Shown here piece after piece: positions 10,654 through 20,950 of a DNA stretch of 64,000 bases (the first letter of the stretch is position 1; each line of letters starts with the position of its first letter). The notes below the pieces were generated by a model. That model was not told the DNA's origin and did no database searches. It worked only from the letters and a program-made list of their open reading frames with translations. The DNA lies in contig NZ_CP051167.1 in assembly GCF_012295525.1 (NCBI RefSeq), forward strand, positions 5,941,299 to 6,005,298, given 5' to 3'. Source of the stretch: Oxynema aestuarii AP17. GTDB taxonomy: Bacteria > Cyanobacteriota > Cyanobacteriia > Cyanobacteriales > Laspinemataceae. The position numbers were made by a program, and so were the translations under genes.

Positions 10654-11460
10654 TTAACTATCGGGACGGGCGATCGTACTCAAGATTTGGTCGACGCGAT
10701 TCGCGGATTGGGTATTGCCTTGGAGTTCAAATAAATCCCGGGCATTTGTTAAAACTATTTGTGCTTCTTGCTCTTGACCTTTTTGATATAAAATAATGCC
10801 TAAATTGGCGTGAGCTTCGGCAAATTCAGGCTCGATCCGAATGGCATCGCGATAGGCGGCGATCGCGGCATCTTCTTCGCCTAAATTGACCCAAGCATTG
10901 CCCATGTTGTAATAAGCTTTGCTGTAGTTTGGCAAAATTTCGATCGCCCGTTTGTAGGCTTCGATCGCCTCGAAAAAGTTTTCATTTTTAGCCAGGGCAT
11001 TGCCTAAGTTGTAATGAGCGGCTGGCAATTGCGGATCGATTTGGATCGCCGTTTCATACGCTTCGATCGCGCGATCGATTTCTCCTCGATTGACAAAAAT
11101 AACGCCGGAATTGACGTGAGCTTCGGCTAAATTGGGATTGAGGCGGAGTGCTTTTCGATACTCTTCTAAAGCCCCTTCTAAGTCCCCTCGTTCTTGTAAG
11201 GTCGTGCCGAAGTTATAATGTTCTTCGGCTTCGTCGAGCTCGTTATTTTCGGGTTGTTGGGCGACGGTAGCGGGGAAATTCTTAAGTAACATTTCCCGAT
11301 CGCTTGTGGGGACGTGAGGCGGCCATTGTCTTTGAGAAAGAGGCGTCAAACGGGCGATCGCCGGAGTGGAAATCGCACAACTGAAAGCAAATATCGTGGC
11401 GGCGAACCAGTAAAATTGACGCAGCATTGGGTGGGATTTTTTATTGTCTATAAAGTTCAT
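10654..11460 (-). CDS. Tetratricopeptide repeat (TPR) protein with N-terminal signal/TM segment.
   Basis: There are about six tandem 34-aa repeats with the W-LG-Y / A-F-P pattern (AIEAYKRAIEILPNYSKAYYNMGNA...). Confidence 0.7.
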   Translation of the reverse strand: MNFIDNKKSHPMLRQFYWFAATIFAFSCAISTPAIARLTPLSQRQWPPHVPTSDREMLLKNFPATVAQQPENNELDEAEEHYNFGTTLQERGDLEGALEEYRKALRLNPNLAEAHVNSGVIFVNRGEIDRAIEAYETAIQIDPQLPAAHYNLGNALAKNENFFEAIEAYKRAIEILPNYSKAYYNMGNAWVNLGEEDAAIAAYRDAIRIEPEFAEAHANLGIILYQKGQEQEAQIVLTNARDLFELQGNTQSANRVDQILSTIARPDS

Positions 11461-11629
11461 TATTGTAGCATTTTTTAGTAAAAATTAAAACGTAGCTTTG
11501 GCGAGAAATGATTTTCTCCTTGAGTAAATTTATCGCCACAATTCAAGGGTTGAAAAGTGGCGACGATCGCCCTTATTCTCCCTTATAACCCCGGCGAGGC
11601 GATTGTCCTGGGCAGACGGTAAGCACAAA

Positions 11630-11689
11630 GCGCGAAGCCATGCCGTAGGCTATGGCGCACCCTCCGCGAAGCGCGAAGCCATGCCGTAG
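11630..11689. repeat. 19-bp direct repeat GCGCGAAGCCATGCCGTAG, two copies 22 bp apart, upstream of anmK.
   Basis: The copies at 11630-11648 and 11671-11689 are identical. An inverted GCCAT/ATGGC motif lies between them. Confidence 0.7.
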
Positions 11690-11891
11690 ACGAGATCGCG
11701 GCGATCGCGCGGTTTCGCTCAAAAACTAGCTTCAAAACTTATAAAAGCGACAAACCCTTTGAAACCATCTCGCGATAGAATTTTCACAGCAGCAATCTAG
11801 ACGATCGACGATCGACCCTACTCGAATCCATGACCGACCTTGCTTTCCCTTATCTTCTCGTTCGCGACGATCGCGAGGAACCCCAAACCGT

Positions 11892-13100
11892 ATGACCCGA
11901 GTCATTGGCGCCATTAGTGGCACGTCGGTGGACGGGATCGATGTTGCATTAGTAGAGATCGCGGGAACCGAACTCGATTTAGAAGTCAACTTACTCGCCG
12001 CTCGGACCCATCCCTATCCCCACGCCTTACAAGAGGAAATTTTAGCCGTTTGTGGGGGGAAACCGTTAACGATGGCGGCTTTGGCAGAACTCGACGATGC
12101 GATTGCGGGCGAATTCGCCCGGGCTGCCCTCTCCTTGCTCCCCCAACAGCCCCCCGTAGACCTGATCGGCTCTCACGGTCAGACCGTCTATCACCGACCG
12201 CCTGTCGGTTCCCGGGACAATGGCTCGCGCCGTCTCGGCTACAGTTTGCAACTGGGACGGGGGGAGGCGATCGCCCAGTTGACCGGAATCACCACAGTTT
12301 CTAACTTCCGGGCTGCAGATATTGCCGCAGGGGGGGAAGGCGCGCCCCTCGTCCCCAAAGTCGATCGGGCGTTGTTGGGCGATCGTCAGAAAACGCGCTG
12401 CATCCAAAACCTCGGCGGGATCGGCAACGTGGCATATTTGCCCCCGCGATCGGATCCCCACGAGACCCCGGAACCGATCCTCGGTTGGGATACCGGCCCG
12501 GCGAATAGCCTCTTAGATCTCGCCGTGCGGCGTTTGAGTCGGGGTCAACAAAGTTACGATCGCGGTGGCGCCTGGGCGGCCACCGGAACCCCCTGCGAAC
12601 CCCTGGTCGAACAGTGGTTGCAAGAACCGTTTTTCCAACAACCTCCGCCGAAGTCTACCGGACGCGAACTCTTCGGCCCGGACTATCTAGACCGATGTTG
12701 GCAAGAGGCGCAATCCTACGCTCTCTCCGACGAGGATTTCCTCGCTACCCTCGTCGAATTTACCGTCGCCTCGATTGTCGTCAATTACCGTGCGTTTCTT
12801 CCGGTTCAACCGGATGAGGTCTTGCTTTGTGGGGGCGGAAGTCGCAATCTGTATTTAAAACAACGCTTGCAAGCACGCTTGGCGGCGACGTCGAACCAAC
12901 CCGTCTCGGTGCTGACCACCGATGAGGTCGGTCTCAATGCGGATTTCAAAGAAGCGATCGCCTTCGCGGTTCTCGCCTACTGGCGGGTGCGAGGCATTCC
13001 GGGAAACCTCCCCGAATGTACTGGAGCCGAAACGCCCATGTTGCTGGGTGATATCCATCGGACCCCTCGGCGATCGCGTGCTAGCATAGAATGCCAGTAA
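11892..13100 (+). CDS. anmK: Anhydro-N-acetylmuramic acid kinase AnmK.
   Basis: The N-terminus [20 protein letters not shown] is the AnmK signature. The length is 402 aa. Confidence 0.85.
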   Translation: MTRVIGAISGTSVDGIDVALVEIAGTELDLEVNLLAARTHPYPHALQEEILAVCGGKPLTMAALAELDDAIAGEFARAALSLLPQQPPVDLIGSHGQTVYHRPPVGSRDNGSRRLGYSLQLGRGEAIAQLTGITTVSNFRAADIAAGGEGAPLVPKVDRALLGDRQKTRCIQNLGGIGNVAYLPPRSDPHETPEPILGWDTGPANSLLDLAVRRLSRGQQSYDRGGAWAATGTPCEPLVEQWLQEPFFQQPPPKSTGRELFGPDYLDRCWQEAQSYALSDEDFLATLVEFTVASIVVNYRAFLPVQPDEVLLCGGGSRNLYLKQRLQARLAATSNQPVSVLTTDEVGLNADFKEAIAFAVLAYWRVRGIPGNLPECTGAETPMLLGDIHRTPRRSRASIECQ

Positions 13101-13134
13101 CGGCAGTCAGTCGTGCAATTTAAGGAATTGTGCC

Positions 13135-13596
13135 GTGACTCACACCTTTTTATTAGAACCCGGTCGGTGGACTTTGGAAGGCACTTGGCTCGAACGAAAC
13201 GGAATGCTCGTGCCTGTCAAGGGTAAAACCTTGGTCGCCTGGTCGCGGGAAGATTGGTTTAATATGGTGACCAAGTTGATTTTTCCGGGCAGCGATCGCC
13301 ACGAAATTACACTACAGTACCGGGGTCATTTCGATTTAGGGGAGCGTCAGTATACTTTTGTCCTCCAACACAGCGATCTCGGTCGGGTCGAAGGGGAAGG
13401 CTGGATCGCCCCGGAGTCGATCGTCCAGCGTTTCTGGGTGCTCGGCGATCGCAAGCACCGCCGCAGTGGCTTTGAAACCCTCCACCGCCTCAGTCCGAAT
13501 ACCTACCATCATTCGAGCGGTCTGATGGCGGGGCATTACTTGGTCAGTGCGATGGAAGCCACCCTAGAACGGATTGCCACCGAACAAAACCAGTGA
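13135..13596 (+). CDS. Hypothetical protein.
   Basis: An ORF of 153 aa with coding-like composition. I recognise no family. Confidence 0.4.
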   Translation: MTHTFLLEPGRWTLEGTWLERNGMLVPVKGKTLVAWSREDWFNMVTKLIFPGSDRHEITLQYRGHFDLGERQYTFVLQHSDLGRVEGEGWIAPESIVQRFWVLGDRKHRRSGFETLHRLSPNTYHHSSGLMAGHYLVSAMEATLERIATEQNQ

Positions 13597-13701
13597 ACTG
13601 GGATCTTCGGTTCACTCCCATCGACGAATAAGGCGACTGAGTCCGGCGATCGTACCGTTTCAGTCGCCTTATTGGCGATCTTTAAAAATAACGCCGAATT
13701 T

Positions 13702-14583
13702 TTAATCTTGATGGGCCGGGAAGAAAATAATCGGTTCGCAACTGCGGCGCAGCAGTTCCCGGCGGAAGGAGGGCAGCCAGTCCCACAGATTGCTCAGGTT
13801 GTCTGCGGACACGGCGATCGCGCAAATATCCGACATCTGCGCCAATTCCAAAATATCGACGATTGGCTCGCCCAAGCGCACTTCCACATCGACTTGCAAG
13901 CCGAGGGCTTCGAGATCCGCTTTAATCGGGACGAGGGTTTCGTTCGCTTTACGCAATTGTTCGTCTTTGGGAATCTTATGCAGGACCCCCGCATCGACGA
14001 CCCAGGCTAGCAAACAGCGTTCTAGGGAGTTGGCGGGTCGATCTTTTGCGTAATACTTGAGCCGTTCCACCGTCTCGCTAGAGCGATCGCCCCCGTCGTA
14101 GGGAATCGCAATGTAACGCAATAAGTGTTGGCAACGTAAGGCCAATTCTTCGCTGGTCAACGCCGAAATTAACTCGGTCGGGAAGGTCATCAAGGGAATG
14201 CGCGTCCGTCCCGACAGCTCGATAGTCGTGCTACCAAACAGGTTTTCGCTGAGGGAATTGCGGTGGGACGTACCGAGGACGATTAAATCACTTTGGTACT
14301 TTTTGGCGATTTTGACAATTTTGTCGCTCGGTGGACCCGACAGCAATTCGACCGCGACTTCTACGCCCTCCGGCACGGTTTCGGGGATCGAACGGCTCAG
14401 GCGATCGCGTGCCCGCTCCATTTTTTCCGTATCTTCGCGAGGAATTTGACCTTTTGTCCACAAGGGAACGGCGTGTAGAAAAACTACTTGCTCGATCCCC
14501 CCTGCCGCCAAGTTGGGGAGGAAGTTCCCCAAACGATGCAGACCATCCGCAAAATCCGTACAAACTAAAAGCCGCCTAAACAT
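13702..14583 (-). CDS. Universal stress protein family protein (tandem Usp domains).
   Basis: Two UspA-like halves are present (LLVCTDFADG... and ...DLIVLGTSHRNSL...). The start is set at MFRRLL (ATG at 14583) rather than the longer ORF. Confidence 0.65.
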   Translation of the reverse strand: MFRRLLVCTDFADGLHRLGNFLPNLAAGGIEQVVFLHAVPLWTKGQIPREDTEKMERARDRLSRSIPETVPEGVEVAVELLSGPPSDKIVKIAKKYQSDLIVLGTSHRNSLSENLFGSTTIELSGRTRIPLMTFPTELISALTSEELALRCQHLLRYIAIPYDGGDRSSETVERLKYYAKDRPANSLERCLLAWVVDAGVLHKIPKDEQLRKANETLVPIKADLEALGLQVDVEVRLGEPIVDILELAQMSDICAIAVSADNLSNLWDWLPSFRRELLRRSCEPIIFFPAHQD

Positions 14584-15292
14584 TCTGTTTTGATTAAGAT
14601 TTAACTTTGAAGCTCTCAAATGCAGACATCGAGCGACGCCTGAAATCGCTGGGTCATGCCACGATAGGACTCGATTCGATCGCCGATCTCTTGTAGATCT
14701 AGGCGCGATCGGGGCGATTTGTTTCAAATTCTAGCACTTCTCATTGCCGCTCAGTCCGGCTCCGGTTCGGGCGATCGCCGTTCGTGGCGCTCTGATTACA
14801 TCGGCGATCGCCCCGGCTTTCAGCGTCCGATCGTCACTCAAAACACTTAATTTGCCGATCTTTTGAGGGCAAAAACCCTCAGTTCTCGCCGTTTTTAATC
14901 CCTGTGGCAGCTTATTGGTTTTATCAGATATTTTTAGAACAACTCTCGTTGGCTTCGATCGCCGCGATCTTCACCGACTCGCGACTCGATTCTCTCAAAA
15001 AGATCGACGGTCGATCGCCAGGTGCCCGTCCCACGTCTCGTTCTCCTTTTGAAGGGCGATCGGAGAACAATAGCTATCGCAACAGTCAAATTGAGCCCTG
15101 AGAAGGAGCGATACTCGACACCCGATCTTCGTTAACTCTCTCGGCAGTATGCGCCGTGCTTCTGACGCGATCGCGGGGAGTTAAACGCCCCGACATCCCC
15201 AGCTTTAGGTTCTCTCAAACGGAGAACGGAGCAAGAGAAGGAGGTCGTTGACTCGGTTGACCCACGGAAGGGATGACAACCCGTAAACCGGG

Positions 15293-15472
15293 TTATAAGT
15301 CCCACTCTTGTTTGAGGAAATGCCGATACATATTTTCGCGCATCAACATTTGCTTGTACAGTTCTTTGAGGAAGTATTGGGCTTGATCGCGGCTCATGCG
15401 ATCGACTTGATCCTCAAAGCTGCGGACGTTAAATTCTTGTTCTAAGGAGAGTTCTAAAGGTACTTGTTCCAT
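15293..15472 (-). CDS. nblA: Phycobilisome degradation protein NblA.
   Basis: The roughly 60-aa product MEQVPLELSLEQEFNVRSFEDQVDRMSRDQAQYFLKELYKQMLMRENMYRHFLKQEWDL matches the NblA family pattern (ELSLEQ.F..RSF...V..MS.DQA...L..LY.QM..RE..Y...L...W.L). Confidence 0.75.
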   Translation of the reverse strand: MEQVPLELSLEQEFNVRSFEDQVDRMSRDQAQYFLKELYKQMLMRENMYRHFLKQEWDL

Positions 15473-16080
15473 TGGTAACCTCCAAGTTCTATCGGTCGGT
15501 TTTGACAAGCGCTATCCAGCCGGATTGACTGGATTTGTCTCTTGTTTCGGGAGTCCTTCTTAGGGGTCAGGATTCCCTGTTGCCCCGGTGGCAGTTTCCC
15601 GATGTTACAAATTATAACAATCGTTTGACAAGTTGCCCACTTTAGGGGGGTAGTCTTGTGAATAAAAGATGACACGAATCGCCGAAAAGTTTCCGAACGG
15701 AGGGGTTCTGATGTCCTTTTATCAACTCGACCCGAGTAAAAATGCTCGGATTGAACGGAACGGGAGTGAATCCCGGGGTCAAGGGTTAAGAATCCCGGAC
15801 AAAACCGGGAAATCGAACGGCGATTCCGTCGGGATCGGTGCGAGAAGTGAAAGGGTTAGGGTGTGGGAAAAAAATAAACGCGCGGCGATCGCCCGACAGA
15901 CAATTTAAGCGATCGGGGCGAACCGGATCTCCCTACGAAAGCACGACGATCCGAGTCGAATGCAGCGTTTTCGACTCGGATCGAGGGGAGAGGCGATCGG
16001 CGCCCGTCAATGACAAAGTAGCCTGTCTCCAGCCCTAAAATTGGGGGGAATACGACCGTGGGGGGGTAGCGAAATTCCGT

Positions 16081-16818
16081 TTAAGTGACATTTTCGAGGG
16101 TAATGGCGATCGCGGTAATATTATCCCGCCCACCTTTATCTTTAGCGGCGCTGACGAGATTTTTAACCGCTTGGTCTCCGGCGCGGATCGATTTGAGGAT
16201 CGATTCGATCTTTTTATCCGAAAGTTCTTCCGTCAAGCCATCACTGCACAACAACAGGCGATCGCCCGGTTGTACGTCCAACCTCTGCACCTCAATTTCC
16301 TGAATGTCCTGTCTGCCCAAACATTGAGATAACACGTGGCGCCAGGGGTGAGTCCGCACCTCATCCGAGGTCAAATGTCCCGCCTTGAGGGCGCGCGCCA
16401 CCCAGGTATGATCTTCGGTAATCTGTTCGAGGTTCGCCCCACGCAGGCGGTAGAGACGGGAATCGCCGATATGGGAGCACCACGGGCCGTCTTCGTCCCG
16501 GAAAATCACGGCGACGGCAGTAGTTCCCATATCCGACCGTTCGGGATGGTCTAGCTGATCCTGGATAATGGCTTCGTTCGCTTTTAAAAAAGCCGCTTTC
16601 AATAACTCTTCCGAACTTTCCGGCGAGTCCCAATGCTCGATTAAATAGGTTTGAATCGTTTCAGTTGCAATTCGCGACGCTTCTTGACCCCCAGCATGAC
16701 CGCCCATACCGTCGGCGACGATAAAAAATCGTCCTTCGGAGTCGTCGATGTAATATGCATCTTGATTAACGGCGCGAACGAGTCCCGTATCCGTGAGACC
16801 CGCAAAATATCGTTTCAT
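16081..16818 (-). CDS. PP2C-family Ser/Thr protein phosphatase.
   Basis: The sequences GLTDTGLVRAVNQDAYY...FIVADGMGGHAGG are PP2C motifs 1-2, followed by CSDGLTE. Confidence 0.85.
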   Translation of the reverse strand: MKRYFAGLTDTGLVRAVNQDAYYIDDSEGRFFIVADGMGGHAGGQEASRIATETIQTYLIEHWDSPESSEELLKAAFLKANEAIIQDQLDHPERSDMGTTAVAVIFRDEDGPWCSHIGDSRLYRLRGANLEQITEDHTWVARALKAGHLTSDEVRTHPWRHVLSQCLGRQDIQEIEVQRLDVQPGDRLLLCSDGLTEELSDKKIESILKSIRAGDQAVKNLVSAAKDKGGRDNITAIAITLENVT

Positions 16819-16914
16819 AAGTCAACTGTAGGCGTGAAAATACGTGAAAACTAACCAAAATACGCCACGCGCAGCTAAAACGTGCGATCGCGGTGCGCCC
16901 GAGGGAAACCCCCT

Positions 16915-18732
16915 CTAAAACATCTTATCGGAGCGCTCGACACTCATGAGTAAGCGAATCAAGCTCCCCGCCAGGGCGATCGCCACTAAAGCTACCACCA
17001 ACGCCAGCCAAATTTTATCGTTGACTAACAAAATTGTCGCCGACAGGGTAAACGCACTGACCAACAAAGCTAAATTCGTTCCCATTTGGATGCTACCGAG
17101 GCGACGCAGCACGCGATCGGTTTCGATCGAGCGTACCCGTACCCGGACGTCACCGCGTTCGAGTTTTTCGATCGTATCTTCGATGCGACCGGGTAAACCC
17201 AGGGCCGTACTACTCACTTGAGCTGCTTGGCGTCCGAGTTCGTCGAAAAAGGTATTGCGATCGCTGGAATTGGCGTTACTCATAATTTGCATTGCAAAAG
17301 GTTTGGCAACCTCCATAAAGTTGAAGTCCGGATCTAACCCTTTTCCGACCCCTTCTAACGTGGAAAAGGCGCGCATGACAAACGTAAAAGTGGCGGGAAA
17401 CCGGAAAGGTTGGTCGTAGGCGATCGCGTAGAGATCGTCGCTAATCGCCGTCACCGACTGTTCCTCGAACGGCTTATCCATCAAGTGATCGAGAATGTAT
17501 TGAATCGATCGCCTCACCGGCCCCATATCGTCCATCGGCGAGAGGGCTTCCAATTCCACCAACGCCGTCACCACATCTTCGGCATTTTTCTTGGCAATCC
17601 CAAAAAACAAGTCGAGCATTTTCACGCGGATATCCCGGCGAACCCGTCCCATCATGCCGAAATCGTAGAAAATTAACGCCCCTTCCGGACTGACCGCCAC
17701 ATTACCGGGATGGGGGTCGGCGTGGAAAAAGCCGTGATTGAGTAACTGGCGTAAATAGGCTTCGGCGCCAAGTTGGGCGAGGACTTTGCGATCGAGTCCC
17801 GCCGCTTCGAGGGCTTCGTAGTGGCTGATTTTAATCCCGGGAACGTATTCGAGGGTGAGGACGCGGGGGGACGTGTAGCGCCAGTAAACGCGCGGAACCC
17901 TCACCCAGTCGCGATCGCGGAAATTGCGCCGGAAGGTGTCGGCGTTTTGTCCCTCGTTGAGATAGTCGATTTCTTCGTAGAGGATTTTATAACATTCGTC
18001 GTAAATGCCGATCCAATCGCGGCCCCGTCCCCATTTCGGGTGGTTATCGAAATACCGGACCACCGTTCGCGCGATCGCCAGATCGATTTGAAACAAGCGC
18101 TTCAGTCCGGGACGCTGCACCTTGACGACCACTTCTTCCCCGGAATGCAACTGCGCCTTGTGAACTTGCCCCAAACTGGCTGCGGCGAGGGGGATGGGCT
18201 CGAAGGCGCGAAACAGTTCGCCGACCTGGCGCCCGAAATCTTGCTCGACAATCGCTTCGGCTTGTTCGTAGCTAAACGCCGGAACTCGGTCTTGCAGTTT
18301 GGACAGTTCCTCGACATATTCCGCCGGGAATAAATCCGATCGCGTCGAGAACAATTGACCCAATTTGATAAAGGTCGGACCGAGTTGCAACATCGACTCG
18401 CGAATCCAAATCGCCTGTCGCTTGCGCCGTCGCGCCCGTTTTTCCTCGCTGTAACCGCCGCGATAGGTCCACGGTTTGCTGTCGTACCACAACTCGAACA
18501 GAAAGCGCAAAACGAACGCCCAAATTTCCAGGCGTCGCCGATTGCGCGAGTAGTTCGGGCGATTCCAGCGATACGCCCCTTGTTGATGTACGCTCAGTTG
18601 TATTTGTTCTATGGGTTCGATTTGAGATGAACTCTCTCCACTGACCGAACGCGCATTCTCTCGGGAATGATGCTGCCGGGAATGCTGGCGGTCGAGGGAA
18701 TCGTCAGAGATAGCAGACACGCGGGTTTCCAA
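16915..18732 (-). CDS. ABC1/UbiB/AarF-family atypical kinase.
   Basis: The segment AAASLGQVHKAQLHSGEEVVVKVQRPGL is the ABC1 kinase signature. C-terminal transmembrane helices follow. Confidence 0.85.
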   Translation of the reverse strand: METRVSAISDDSLDRQHSRQHHSRENARSVSGESSSQIEPIEQIQLSVHQQGAYRWNRPNYSRNRRRLEIWAFVLRFLFELWYDSKPWTYRGGYSEEKRARRRKRQAIWIRESMLQLGPTFIKLGQLFSTRSDLFPAEYVEELSKLQDRVPAFSYEQAEAIVEQDFGRQVGELFRAFEPIPLAAASLGQVHKAQLHSGEEVVVKVQRPGLKRLFQIDLAIARTVVRYFDNHPKWGRGRDWIGIYDECYKILYEEIDYLNEGQNADTFRRNFRDRDWVRVPRVYWRYTSPRVLTLEYVPGIKISHYEALEAAGLDRKVLAQLGAEAYLRQLLNHGFFHADPHPGNVAVSPEGALIFYDFGMMGRVRRDIRVKMLDLFFGIAKKNAEDVVTALVELEALSPMDDMGPVRRSIQYILDHLMDKPFEEQSVTAISDDLYAIAYDQPFRFPATFTFVMRAFSTLEGVGKGLDPDFNFMEVAKPFAMQIMSNANSSDRNTFFDELGRQAAQVSSTALGLPGRIEDTIEKLERGDVRVRVRSIETDRVLRRLGSIQMGTNLALLVSAFTLSATILLVNDKIWLALVVALVAIALAGSLIRLLMSVERSDKMF

Positions 18733-18852
18733 CTTGATTGATTCGGGCGATCGGAATGGATACGGAGAAATGGAGCAATGCGGGGAGTTCGCGGTTCAGT
18801 TGTCGGGAAAATTCAGGGATAGACGTCTTCCTACATGGACAGGAAAACAACC

Positions 18853-19185
18853 CTACTGCGATCGACTGCGATAGCGTTGCAATTCGGCTCTGACCCGAGC
18901 AATTTCAGCGCGTAATTCGTCGATGGTCGCTTGCAAGTCGCCTTCGGGTTCGTTGGCGAAGTTAAAGTCGCCTTCAGCAGAGTTAGCACTCCCTTGGGTC
19001 TGCGCCGCTTGCTGTTGGGCGCGTTGCATGACCTCTTCCATGAAGGCGTGCAAGCGCTCTCGTTGTTCGGCATCGAATTTCCCTAAATCGCTGAGGGCTT
19101 GGGTCAGCGTTTTTTCTACTTGTTCGCCAATGGCTTGAGCCAGCGCTCGACCGACGAAAAAGGCGTTGACTTCAGGTTTACTCAT
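18853..19185 (-). CDS. Conserved hypothetical small protein.
   Basis: An ORF of 110 aa with a helical, charged C-terminus. I recognise no family. Confidence 0.45.
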   Translation of the reverse strand: MSKPEVNAFFVGRALAQAIGEQVEKTLTQALSDLGKFDAEQRERLHAFMEEVMQRAQQQAAQTQGSANSAEGDFNFANEPEGDLQATIDELRAEIARVRAELQRYRSRSQ

Positions 19186-19283
19186 GCTGACGAAAGCTCC
19201 CTACATGCATCTCGCCAAAGATTATAACTTGGTTGCTCGATCTGATGTCGGCTTGGCGACGCAGAAGCGCGGATCGATCGCCT

Positions 19284-19697
19284 CTAAAACAGTTTGATGC
19301 CAATTTGTCCGTTAATTCCGCGAATGCTGTGATACCCGGCCCCGAAAAAAATATTGCCTTCCGGGAAGACCTGGACGCCTCCAGAAAAGGCAATGTCGCG
19401 ATCGTCGGAGTCGGGATCGTCGTAGAGTCCGACGCCGACATAACCGGATACTTGACTGACAAATGGCGGGTTGATGAATTTCATCACATCGACGCCGACG
19501 GTACTGTCATTGGTCAAGCCGAGTTCGGCGCCAAATCCGAGGGCGCGAACGCCGACGGAAAAGGTCGGTTCGCTGTCTTCAATACCGACGGATACCCAGG
19601 GACGGGGGACGAGTTGGGCGATCGCCTGTCGCTCGGATCCGAGCAGGATCGCGGCGATCGCCGCGATCGCCATACTGGTGTTGGCGAGGGATTTCAT
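19284..19697 (-). CDS. Small secreted, possibly outer-membrane beta-barrel protein.
   Basis: The signal peptide is MKSLANTSMAIAAIAAILLG. The protein is Gly-rich with alternating residues and ends ...IGIKLF, an aromatic terminal residue as in the OMP beta-signal. Confidence 0.5.
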   Translation of the reverse strand: MKSLANTSMAIAAIAAILLGSERQAIAQLVPRPWVSVGIEDSEPTFSVGVRALGFGAELGLTNDSTVGVDVMKFINPPFVSQVSGYVGVGLYDDPDSDDRDIAFSGGVQVFPEGNIFFGAGYHSIRGINGQIGIKLF

Positions 19698-19700
19698 TGG

Positions 19701-19727
19701 GGAGTTTGGAGTTTAGAGTTTAGATGG
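19701..19727. repeat. Tandem heptamer repeat (GGAGTTT/GAGTTTA, reverse complement TCTAAAC) directly upstream of the start of the 19284..19697 gene.
   Basis: ggagtttggagtttagagtttagatgg. Confidence 0.6.
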
Positions 19728-19763
19728 AGCAATATTATACTTTTTGACCGTTAAAATATCTTT

Positions 19764-20948
19764 TTAACGATCGCCCGCCCACTGCAGCAAGAACTTGGCG
19801 GCGCGATCGCAGACCCCGACTTCCCCCAAGGCTTCCTTCATGCGGGCGTAATCGGCGAACATTGCCTCGCGGGTTTCGCGATCGCGCAATAACTGCAGCC
19901 CTTCCCGGGCGATATTTTCCGGCGTCGCTTCTTCCTGCAACAACTCCGGAACCACCGATTTCATCAACACCAAATTCGGCGGCGACATGAACGGAATCGA
20001 GAAGCGCAACAGGTGGCGGGCGATCCACGCCGTAAGCGGACTGACGCGGTAAAGCACCACTTGAGGCACCCCGGCGAGGGCAATTTCGAGGTTGACCGTA
20101 CCGGATTTGGTCAGGGCCAAATCGGCGCAGGCGATCGCCCACGGCGTGTCCTCGCGGTCTACGACGGTCGCCTGCAAGCCGTAGCGGGCGATCGCCCCTT
20201 CGATCGCCTCCCGGTACGTCCCCAGAGACAGGGGAACGTAAAAGCGCACTTCGGGTAGGGCCGCTTGAATCCGACGCGCCGCCTCGAACAGGGGGGGTAG
20301 CAAGTAGCGGATTTCTTGAATTCGAGATGCTGGTAATAAGACGATCGCGGGGGTTTCCGGGGCGATCGCCCATTTTTCCCGGGCGCGATCGCGTGCGGGC
20401 CATTGGGACTGGCGATCGAGCAAGGGATGGCCCACCCAAGTCACCGAAGCGCCTTTCTCCCGGTAATAGCGGGCTTCTTCGGGGAAAATCGCCAAAATGC
20501 GATCGCACAGACGGACGATCTCGCTGGTGGTGCGATCGCCCAGAGACCAGACCCACTCTTGCGGCGCGATATAGTAAATCACCTTAACTTGGGGTAAATG
20601 CCGCTTCACAAAATTGGCGATCGCCAAATTCGGCCCCATATAATCGATCGCCACGACCAGATCCGGCGGATTCTCCCTCAAATACCGTTTGGCGCGCCGT
20701 TGAATCTGCAACGTCGGCCACACAAACGGCAGCGACTCCCACAATCCCACCGATCCGATCGCCGTCGTATCGGCGAGCAATTCGGCACCCGCGCGCGCCA
20801 TTTGCGCCCCGCCTAACGCCACGATTTGCAAGTCGATCCCCTGCCTCGCCGCCTGCTGGAATAACGACTCGACCAGGATCGCCCCTTGTAAATCCCCGGA
20901 GACCTCTCCGGTACAAATAAATATCCGCACCGCGCGCCCTCGATCCAT
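19764..20948 (-). CDS. lpxB: Lipid-A-disaccharide synthase LpxB.
   Basis: The N-terminus RIFICTGEVSGDLQGA is GT19-family. It is the last gene of the lpx cluster. Confidence 0.85.
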   Translation of the reverse strand: MDRGRAVRIFICTGEVSGDLQGAILVESLFQQAARQGIDLQIVALGGAQMARAGAELLADTTAIGSVGLWESLPFVWPTLQIQRRAKRYLRENPPDLVVAIDYMGPNLAIANFVKRHLPQVKVIYYIAPQEWVWSLGDRTTSEIVRLCDRILAIFPEEARYYREKGASVTWVGHPLLDRQSQWPARDRAREKWAIAPETPAIVLLPASRIQEIRYLLPPLFEAARRIQAALPEVRFYVPLSLGTYREAIEGAIARYGLQATVVDREDTPWAIACADLALTKSGTVNLEIALAGVPQVVLYRVSPLTAWIARHLLRFSIPFMSPPNLVLMKSVVPELLQEEATPENIAREGLQLLRDRETREAMFADYARMKEALGEVGVCDRAAKFLLQWAGDR

Positions 20949-20950
20949 TC

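Noticed and set aside
15603-15619. A canonical NtcA site at nblA.
   Set aside because: The spacing is GTT-N9-AAC, not GTA-N8-TAC. I report it only as a palindrome of unknown specificity.
15951-15979. A 10-bp-stem hairpin CCGAGTCGAA...TTCGACTCGG as an intrinsic terminator for the PP2C gene.
   Set aside because: There is no U-tract on either strand, and it lies about 100 bp from the stop. It may be structural but is not a canonical terminator.
19735-20556. Long antisense or alternate-frame ORFs overlapping real genes (for example 19735..20556, 22557..23171, 3417..3956, 9715..10329, 28567..29169).
   Set aside because: They are Arg/Pro/Gly-rich translations typical of off-frame reading of GC- and HIP1-rich coding DNA. 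Each overlaps a gene with a clear family assignment on the other frame.
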